This document shows, in pieces, positions 56,851-64,000 of a DNA stretch of 64,000 nucleotides. The stretch spans positions 66,946 to 130,945 of the forward strand of contig CAXHAT010000001.1 of NCBI GenBank assembly GCA_964014485.1. Direction: 5' to 3'. The notes beneath the pieces are model-generated. The model did no database searches and was not told the DNA's origin. It worked only from the letters and a program-made list of their open reading frames with translations. The DNA is from an uncultured Deferribacteres bacterium. GTDB taxonomy: Bacteria > Zhuqueibacterota > Zhuqueibacteria > Zhuqueibacterales > Geothermadaptataceae. Position 1 is the stretch's first letter, and each line of letters starts with the position of its first letter. The translations under genes and the position numbers were made by a program.

Positions 56851-58026
56851 ATGATTGCCAAACCTTCTGAAATCCGCGTATTCCGCAAGATATGTGAAAT
56901 CGGCCCCATTTCTCGCGCGCACCTGGCGAGAATCCTGAACAGCTCCCGCGCCACTTTGACGCAAATCGCCAATGCGCTGCTCACTTCAGGTTACGTTATA
57001 GAAGTCGGCAAAGGCGCATCAACTGATCGCGGCGGGCGGCGGGAAATTCTGTTGAGCGTTAATCCTAACGCAGGGTATATTCTGGCGCTACAGCTTGACA
57101 GGGATTTTGCCAAGGTCGGCTTGTTTGCTCTGAATCTACAGCTTCTCGAAGCAAGAACGCTGAATTACACACCGGGGACTGACCTGGAAGAAGTTCTTTT
57201 GGAAGCGCAGCACGCCCTTGAACGGCTCATCCTTAAATTCGATATTCCAGTAGAAAAAATTATAGGGCTTGGCGTTGGCGTTCCCGGCGTGCCTTCAGAA
57301 AAAAATCGCAGATTACGGGAGACGGAGCACAAAAGCTGGCAAGGCTTTCCAATCGCAGAGTTTCTGGAAAATGCATTCAATAAGCCGGTTGCTCTGGATA
57401 ACGACGTCAAAGCGTTAACGCTGGGAGAATTCAAATATGGAGCGGGAAAAGGCGCTCGTGACTTGATTTGCCTTTGGGCCGGCAACGGCATCGGCGCCGG
57501 CGTTGTAGCGAACGGCAAACTCTTACGCGGCGCCACTTCAAGCGCCGGGGAAATCGGGTACAACGAGCTGAACCTCGGCTTTCTTGACGTCCGCTCATTA
57601 TTGATTAACGGCCACCCGAGAGACTGGGGCGACGTGCTGTCACAAGCCAATGTTTTGGCGGCCATGAAACGCGGGGTTCGTGAAGGCTGGAAAACCGACC
57701 TGAGCGAGACCTCCGACATTTCGGAATTCGCTAAGGCTGCTGAAGCCGGAGATCCCCTGGGGCTGCATTTGCTAAAGCTATACGGATCGCTTCTGGGCAG
57801 CGTTTGTACGAATATGCTCTACGCTTTCAATCCTCCGCTCCTGGTTTTGCACGGCCCCCTATTCTATGACACAACGCTTCTTCCCGAAGAAGTGCGGCGA
57901 TGTATACTTGACGGCATTTTGCGAGCGCCGGTTGAGGCTGTGGAAATACGGACTGGAAGCTTTGGATCGAACGCGATGCTGCTTGGCTGCGCATCATTGG
58001 TCATTGATTCGGTTTATCCGGAATAG
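56851..58026 (+). CDS. ROK-family transcriptional regulator (HTH + ROK)
   Basis: GPISRAHLA HTH, GGRR, GVGVPG, DNDVKA, GIGAG, AGEIGY; start uncertain. Confidence 0.9.
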   Translation: MIAKPSEIRVFRKICEIGPISRAHLARILNSSRATLTQIANALLTSGYVIEVGKGASTDRGGRREILLSVNPNAGYILALQLDRDFAKVGLFALNLQLLEARTLNYTPGTDLEEVLLEAQHALERLILKFDIPVEKIIGLGVGVPGVPSEKNRRLRETEHKSWQGFPIAEFLENAFNKPVALDNDVKALTLGEFKYGAGKGARDLICLWAGNGIGAGVVANGKLLRGATSSAGEIGYNELNLGFLDVRSLLINGHPRDWGDVLSQANVLAAMKRGVREGWKTDLSETSDISEFAKAAEAGDPLGLHLLKLYGSLLGSVCTNMLYAFNPPLLVLHGPLFYDTTLLPEEVRRCILDGILRAPVEAVEIRTGSFGSNAMLLGCASLVIDSVYPE

Positions 58027-58035
58027 ACGCCACCA

Positions 58036-58058
58036 GTAAGTTTTCCAAACAAACTAAC
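58036..58058. promoter_or_regulatory. Candidate ROK (XylR-like) operator 1
   Basis: gtaagttt-N7-aaactaac imperfect palindrome. Confidence 0.45.
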
Positions 58059-58195
58059 ATTACGCCAAACTCCCATCACAAATTGTTTTTTTTGAAGAGT
58101 GGTTTAACCCGAGCTACCTAAAAACCGCCAACTCACACTCAATTACTCGAAATCCTATGTTTTTACTGCGCATTAACTGCAATTAAACGCGCATC

Positions 58196-58216
58196 GGTTT
58201 GTTTTAAAAACAAACC
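58196..58216. promoter_or_regulatory. Candidate ROK operator 2
   Basis: Perfect palindrome ggtttgtttt-a-aaaacaaacc, 40 bp upstream of TTGACA at 58256. Confidence 0.5.
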
Positions 58217-58389
58217 ATCTGTGTCGGCATTTTTAAAAGCCCTGTAAAATTCTCCTTGACATTCCACGCCGGAAGTCCTAAGTGTTTATTAAAGTTACGA
58301 CTTCTCACTGCCAGCGCTAAAGAAGATTACAGAAAAAGCCGCTTAAACCAAAGACCACAACAAAAAGCTCGTGTTTCGTGAGGCGCATT

Positions 58390-61300
58390 ATGCAAAAAGC
58401 CTTCATACGTTTGAGTTTCTTTTTACTCTTCGCTTCACAACTCTTCGCCGGGACGACTGGAAAAATTGCTGGAACAGTCAAAGATGCGAAAACCGGCGAA
58501 CCTCTGCCCGGCGTCAATATCGTTGTTGAAGGCACCAATCTCGGCGCCGCAACCAACATCGAAGGCTACTACGCCATCCTCAACGTCCCGCCCGGTTCCC
58601 ATACTGTCAGAGCAAGCTTTATCGGTTACGCCGTCGCTCGCTTCAGCAATGTCATCGTCAAAATTGATTTAACCACTACTTTGGATGTTTCTCTGCAAGA
58701 AGAAGCCTTGCAATCCGAAGAAGTTGTTGTAATTGCAGAACGTCCCGTTGTCGTGCAAGACATCTCTTCCAGCCAGGCGAACTTGAGCGTTGAAGATATT
58801 GAAGACCTGCCCGTGGTCAATGTCGCCAGCGTTGTCAGCCTGCAGGCGGGCGTACGCGGTCTTTCAATTCGGGGCGGCGGCTCGAATGAAACGGCGCTGG
58901 TTCTCAACGGCGTGACGTTGCGCGATGAACGCGATAACACTCCTTTCACCAGCGTCTCTTACACCGCCATTCAGGAAATCCAAATTCAAACCGGCGGATT
59001 TAACGCCGAACACGGAAATATTCGCTCCGGCTTGGTAAATATTGTTACAAAGGAAGGCAGCCCGGATCGGTACACTTTCAGCATGCAGTCGCGCTATCGT
59101 CCGCCGGGGCAAAAACATTTTGGCGAGCCAATCAATGATTTGAACTCATACTATGTCCGGCCCTACGTAGACGAAGCCGTTGCGTGGACCGGCACCAACA
59201 ACGGCGCGTGGGATCTTTTCACGCAGCAACAATACCCGGAATTTGAGGGGTGGAACATCATTTCGCAGCGCACCCTTGAAGACAACGATCCAAACAATGA
59301 CCTGACTCCCGCCGCAGCACAAAGACTCTATCTTTGGCAGCATCGCAAGAAACTTGACATCGCCATTCCGGATTACGACGCGGACATGAGCTTGAGCGGC
59401 CCCGTTCCTGCAATCAGTAAAAAACTGGGGAACCTTCGATTTATCGCGTCATATCGTCGGGCGCAAAACGCTTATCTTTTGCCCCTTTCCGACGACGCTT
59501 ATCGCGATTATACCGGCCAACTGAAAATCACTTCGGACATCGGCGCAGGCAAGAAACTCATGATTGAGGGCCTGCTGGCGCAATCTACGGGCACCAACAC
59601 CAATAACGCCGGACTGCCGGGAATTTACCGCTCGCCGGAAAGCATCGCCAACAACCTAGATCGCGTCAGTTTTATAGAAGCGCGCATTTTCACCAATGAT
59701 TATTGGGCGCCAAGCACGATTAAGCGGAACAATGTCGGCGCAAAATACACGCACGTTTTGAGTTCAAAATCCTTTCTCGAAGCCACGGTTTCCCGTTTCG
59801 AATCCCGCTACAGCACCAACCCCGGCGCATTGCGCGATACGTCGAGAGTCTATCTTTTTGGCAACAATCTTTTAGTCGATGAAGCGCCGTTCGGTTTTAC
59901 GCCGGATCCAAGCACCGGGATCAACGGCCTGCGTATGTCGGTCGGTTTTAGTAATTCCCGCGACAGCAGCATCGTTGCGGTTTATAACGGACGAGTGGAT
60001 TTCAGCAGCCAGATTGATCGTTATAATTACATTAAAACCGGATTCGAGTTTACCGTCACCGACAATAACGTTGATTACGCCTCCGTCGACGCCTTTCTAC
60101 CGTCCGGGCGCTCACGTTCGAAATGGCACAACTATCCGATTCGCGGCGCCTTCTACGTACAAGACAAGCTCGAATTTGAGGGCATGATCGCAAATCTCGG
60201 CCTTCGTCTCGACGTTTCCGATCCAAACACGGAATGGTTTGTTTACGACGCCTACAACCCCGCTTTCAGCTCAAAGTTTTCTCTTGGCATCGATACTCTT
60301 TTAACGAAAGAACCGACCAAAAGACAAATCAACTTGAGCCCTCGTCTCGGGGTCGCTTTTCCGATCTCCACGAACAGCAAAATGTTTTTCAACTACGGTC
60401 ACTTCCGACAGTTGCCCATTCCGGAAAACCTTTTTCTGTTACGTAGATTTTCGGACAACAATGCTGTGACGCGCCTCGCCGACCCCAATAATCCGTTGGA
60501 AAAAACGGTCGCCTACGAGCTTGGGTATGAGCACAATCTATTTGATCAATTCCTTGTTCGTCTTGCCGGTTATTACAAAGACATCTCACTGCAACCACGT
60601 TTGGTGCGTTACTCAAGCCGCGATAATTCCGTCAATTATCAAGTCACAGAGCCGAACTTTTATGAAGATATTCGAGGCTTTGAACTGACGATCCGAAAAA
60701 ATCGCGGCAGATGGGTTCGCGGCTTTGTGAATTACACCATGATGGTGGAAACGCGCGGCTTTTTTGGTTTTCCGGCAAATTCAGAAAACCCGGCGACGCA
60801 GCGTGAAATTGAACGAAACACTTCTCCGCTATATCAAATCAAGCCCGTCTCCCGTCCGTTTGCACGCGCGAACATCGATATCTTCACTCCGGTTAAATTC
60901 GGCCCGCAAATTCTGGGGCATCACATTCTAGGCGATTGGACGTTGAATGTTCTCGGTGATTGGCGAGCCGGGTTTTATTTCACCTGGTTCGGCGGCGGCG
61001 GCGCCAGCAACCCCGGGGTCGTCAACAATGTGCAGTGGAAAGATTTTCAGAACGTCAACTTGCGTTTGAATAAAAATTTCAGGTTGGGCGGCGCAGAACT
61101 GCAATTTTTCATGGATATGCGAAACGCATTAAACTATAAGTACATGTCACAATACGGCTTCGTCGACGGTCAGGATTTTGACGCTTACATGCAGTCGTTG
61201 CACTTGCCGGAGAAAATCGGCAATGAGCTTCCGTACAATAACATCCCCGGCAACGATCGCCCCGGCGATTTTCGCAACGTACGATACCAACCTTACAATG

Positions 61301-61428
61301 AAACTGCTCCCAATGATGCGAATGTAAAGGCGAACGCCTATATCGACATGCCTAATCAAACTTTCTTCACGTTCCTCAATCCGCGCGATATTTTTTGGGG
61401 CGTGAAGCTGAATTTTGATATTCGCTAA
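58390..61428 (+). CDS. TonB-dependent receptor (first gene of a SusD-less utilisation cluster)
   Basis: AGTTGKIAG, GEPLPGVNI, IRGG, TGGFNAEHG, QDKLEF, SPRLG, YELGYEH. Confidence 0.9.
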   Translation: MQKAFIRLSFFLLFASQLFAGTTGKIAGTVKDAKTGEPLPGVNIVVEGTNLGAATNIEGYYAILNVPPGSHTVRASFIGYAVARFSNVIVKIDLTTTLDVSLQEEALQSEEVVVIAERPVVVQDISSSQANLSVEDIEDLPVVNVASVVSLQAGVRGLSIRGGGSNETALVLNGVTLRDERDNTPFTSVSYTAIQEIQIQTGGFNAEHGNIRSGLVNIVTKEGSPDRYTFSMQSRYRPPGQKHFGEPINDLNSYYVRPYVDEAVAWTGTNNGAWDLFTQQQYPEFEGWNIISQRTLEDNDPNNDLTPAAAQRLYLWQHRKKLDIAIPDYDADMSLSGPVPAISKKLGNLRFIASYRRAQNAYLLPLSDDAYRDYTGQLKITSDIGAGKKLMIEGLLAQSTGTNTNNAGLPGIYRSPESIANNLDRVSFIEARIFTNDYWAPSTIKRNNVGAKYTHVLSSKSFLEATVSRFESRYSTNPGALRDTSRVYLFGNNLLVDEAPFGFTPDPSTGINGLRMSVGFSNSRDSSIVAVYNGRVDFSSQIDRYNYIKTGFEFTVTDNNVDYASVDAFLPSGRSRSKWHNYPIRGAFYVQDKLEFEGMIANLGLRLDVSDPNTEWFVYDAYNPAFSSKFSLGIDTLLTKEPTKRQINLSPRLGVAFPISTNSKMFFNYGHFRQLPIPENLFLLRRFSDNNAVTRLADPNNPLEKTVAYELGYEHNLFDQFLVRLAGYYKDISLQPRLVRYSSRDNSVNYQVTEPNFYEDIRGFELTIRKNRGRWVRGFVNYTMMVETRGFFGFPANSENPATQREIERNTSPLYQIKPVSRPFARANIDIFTPVKFGPQILGHHILGDWTLNVLGDWRAGFYFTWFGGGGASNPGVVNNVQWKDFQNVNLRLNKNFRLGGAELQFFMDMRNALNYKYMSQYGFVDGQDFDAYMQSLHLPEKIGNELPYNNIPGNDRPGDFRNVRYQPYNETAPNDANVKANAYIDMPNQTFFTFLNPRDIFWGVKLNFDIR

Positions 61429-61447
61429 ACTGAAGTTGTTACAGAAA

Positions 61448-63496
61448 ATGAAAAAACGACTTTATTACTGCGTACTGTTCACAGCATTCAGTATGCTCCC
61501 AGACGCCGCCTCCGCGCAATTCGCATCCAAATGGATGGCCGTCGGTTCCTTGCATGATTGGTACTCTGAAATCGGTTGCGAAATCGAGGAAGGGCTGTTG
61601 AAAGTTCAACAATACGGCTTGCGTTGGCCGGCTATTTACGAATTTCAGGATTCGAAAGCGGCCAAGGCAATGTGGATCGGCGCAAAAGATTTCACTGACG
61701 AGAACGGCAATGCGTTTCCGCACAAAGTCGTCCATGTTGGGCCGCGCGTTTCCGGCGACGGAGAGTTTTTCCCAATTGAATTCAGAATGACCAGCCAGTT
61801 TTCCCCGCCGGAAGTCGCCGTCGACGCATTGCAGAGCTTTGATTTGCCCGTTGATAATGACGACGTCGACGAAGCGCTCGTGCCGGATCGCATGATCGTG
61901 AATGTGACCAATTCTCAGCTCGGCGTTACAATGGAGCGCAAGATTTTTCAATTTGGCCAGCAATACCACGACAACTACATTGTTTACGATTATACTTTTA
62001 CGAATACCGGAAATACGGACGCGGACGACGACATCGAATTGCCGAACCAAACGCTCGAAGGCGTCTATTTCTTTTTTCATTATCGCTGGTCCGTCGCTCG
62101 CCAAACGCGCTACGTGATTGGCAACGCCACGGGCTGGGGCATTAATTCCATGCTCGATACGCGCGGCGACGGCGTGAAAGAAGATCCGTCGGACGAGCAA
62201 TTCCGCGCACAAATCACCTACCACGGACACTACCCGCCGTTCACTGCCTATGACAACCTGGGCGCGCCTATTTGGGCGCCGGACGGACCCGGCTTTGTTG
62301 CGGACGCTGACACCATCGGACGTTTGGGCTCGCCGCAATTCGTCGGCGTTGTGACGCTGCACGCCGATAAATCAGCGGCGGAGCAAGTTGACGATCCGTC
62401 TCAGCCTGCGACGACAATCTGGGAAAGCTCAGACCACGATTTAACCTCCGGCAACAGCGCTTTCGATCAAGTTAAAATGACGCGCGAATACGAATGGATG
62501 GAAGCCGGACACAAGTCTCCGCGCCATGTTGACGTTGTTGAGCCCAGCGGGAATTTCGCTGAACCAACCGGTGATCCGGCGCTTGGCACGCCGGGAGGAT
62601 TCTCAAACATGAACGGCTACGGCCCTTACACGCTCGAGCCGGGACAAAGCATTCGCATCGTTTTGGCCGAAGCGGTCTCGGGAATCAGTCGGGAAGTCGC
62701 GACTGATATTGGGGTGCGCTACAAAAATGGCGAAATCACGGCGCGCGAAAAAAACGAGTGGGTGCTTTCAGGACAGGATTCTTTGTTCCAGACTTTCCGT
62801 CGCGCCATTGCCAATTTTGAATCCGACTGGAATATCCCCAGGCCGCCGAAACCGCCGCAATTTTTCAATATTGACGGCAAGGGCGACCGCATTTCACTAA
62901 GCTGGGAAACTTATGATGACAATGATTCGAACTTAGCCGGTTTCCGCATTTATCGCGCTCGCAGCGAAGTAGACAGCGCTTATACTTTGATCCATGAAGC
63001 TGGCCCGGCCGAACGCAGCTTTGAAGACAGAACGCCGATTCGCGGAGTGGATTATTACTATTACATCGTCTCGGTCGGCAAAGCAGAGGATAACACGGGT
63101 GCGGGCATGACTCCCGGCGGCGCCTTGCTCAGTTCGCGATATTACACGCAGAGTTACGATCCGGTCAACCTCAAGCGTCCAGCGGTCAACGACATGGACT
63201 CCATTCGCGTCGTGCCAAATCCGTTTGTCATTTCCGCCTCGAATGAAGTTAAGTTTAGCGGCAACCAGCGCGATGAATTGAAGTTTTTTAACATCCCCGG
63301 AAATTGTACGATCAAAATTTTCACAGAGTCCGGTGAATTGGTCGAGACCATCGAGCATGACGACGGCACGGGCGACGAGACCTGGAGTTCTTTAACCTCG
63401 TCTCAGCAAGTCATCGTCAGCGGCGTTTATATTGCAGTGATTACCAACAATGAAACCGGCGAAAAGCATGTTGAGAAATTTGTGATTGTGCGATAA
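61448..63496 (+). CDS. Secreted FN3-domain protein with T9SS-like C-terminal domain
   Basis: Signal peptide; GYGPYTLEPG; LSW...GFRIYR...YYYYIV; IRVVPNPF...IKIFTESGELV...SGVYI. Confidence 0.82.
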   Translation: MKKRLYYCVLFTAFSMLPDAASAQFASKWMAVGSLHDWYSEIGCEIEEGLLKVQQYGLRWPAIYEFQDSKAAKAMWIGAKDFTDENGNAFPHKVVHVGPRVSGDGEFFPIEFRMTSQFSPPEVAVDALQSFDLPVDNDDVDEALVPDRMIVNVTNSQLGVTMERKIFQFGQQYHDNYIVYDYTFTNTGNTDADDDIELPNQTLEGVYFFFHYRWSVARQTRYVIGNATGWGINSMLDTRGDGVKEDPSDEQFRAQITYHGHYPPFTAYDNLGAPIWAPDGPGFVADADTIGRLGSPQFVGVVTLHADKSAAEQVDDPSQPATTIWESSDHDLTSGNSAFDQVKMTREYEWMEAGHKSPRHVDVVEPSGNFAEPTGDPALGTPGGFSNMNGYGPYTLEPGQSIRIVLAEAVSGISREVATDIGVRYKNGEITAREKNEWVLSGQDSLFQTFRRAIANFESDWNIPRPPKPPQFFNIDGKGDRISLSWETYDDNDSNLAGFRIYRARSEVDSAYTLIHEAGPAERSFEDRTPIRGVDYYYYIVSVGKAEDNTGAGMTPGGALLSSRYYTQSYDPVNLKRPAVNDMDSIRVVPNPFVISASNEVKFSGNQRDELKFFNIPGNCTIKIFTESGELVETIEHDDGTGDETWSSLTSSQQVIVSGVYIAVITNNETGEKHVEKFVIVR

Positions 63497-63507
63497 TTGG
63501 TGAAATC

Positions 63508-64000
63508 ATGAAAAGACGACATATACTTACCGTCACGATTTTTTGTCTGGCTTCAACCGCTCTCTTCGCGCAAGATCGCCAGAAATTAGCGCAGACGGGC
63601 ATGAAATTTCTCAGCGTTCCTACAGACGCCAGAGCGAGCGCACTGGGCGACGCCGCCACAGCAGTTGAAGGGAATTCCGCCGCCGTCTTTTTCAATCCTT
63701 CAACCATGGCGCACCAGGAAGTTTTTGCAACTGCAAACTTCGGGCGCGTGCAGTGGATTGCGGACATTGACTATATTTTTGGCAGCATGGCGCTAAGTCC
63801 CAGCGAAGGTCGTTACGGCGTTTTTGGTTTTTTTCTGCACTCGGTTGATTACGGTGAGCTTCAAGGAACAATCAGGGCGGAAAACGACCAGGGATTCGTA
63901 GATACGGACGTTTTCAGCCCTAACGCAATTGCGGCAGGCGTCAGTTACGCCAAAGGAGTAACCAGCAAATTTTCCATTGGCGGCAACGTCAAATTGGTTT
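63508..64000 (+). CDS. PorV/PorQ-family outer-membrane protein, partial (runs off the window end)
   Basis: Manual translation: MKRRHILTV...KLAQTGMKFLSVPTDARASALGDA...FFNPS. Confidence 0.85.
   Translation, partial: MKRRHILTVTIFCLASTALFAQDRQKLAQTGMKFLSVPTDARASALGDAATAVEGNSAAVFFNPSTMAHQEVFATANFGRVQWIADIDYIFGSMALSPSEGRYGVFGFFLHSVDYGELQGTIRAENDQGFVDTDVFSPNAIAAGVSYAKGVTSKFSIGGNVKLV

Overview
A 64 kb bacterial chromosomal window of roughly 50% GC. The gene content (PorV-like barrels, T9SS/FlgD-type C-terminal sorting domains, a SusD-less TonB-receptor cluster, LptD-like protein) suggests an FCB-affiliated lineage such as KSB1/Calditrichota; this is inference. Most of the window is housekeeping or secreted-enzyme genes: JAB-DinG helicase, M61/M14/S45 peptidases, gyrA, rarA, lptD, an HD-GYP protein and TonB receptors. 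The main finds are: (1) A diversity-generating retroelement (DGR) cassette at about 42.2-46.4 kb. A NACHT-FGE/CLec NLR-like gene ends in a variable repeat (VR 44878-44998) matched by a template repeat (TR 45206-45323) with about 19 adenine-specific differences. No avd or reverse transcriptase gene is present; their usual positions hold a REP doublet and a REP-flanked RAYT transposase. (2) An NrtR regulator with two clear operators controlling an internally deleted, apparently catalytically dead NAMPT homologue directly upstream of gyrA. (3) A divergent sigma54 module (tandem enhancer sites, GAF-bEBP, atypical Ser/Thr kinase, nine-repeat DUF5666 secreted protein, PorV-OmpA-CARDB fusion) plus a candidate sigma54-driven small RNA with a GGA hairpin. 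(4) Several REP families, a nested MITE family, and a REP that appears to encode part of the LptD signal peptide. No rRNA, tRNA or CRISPR array was recognised. All family assignments come from motif recognition by eye, not from database searches.
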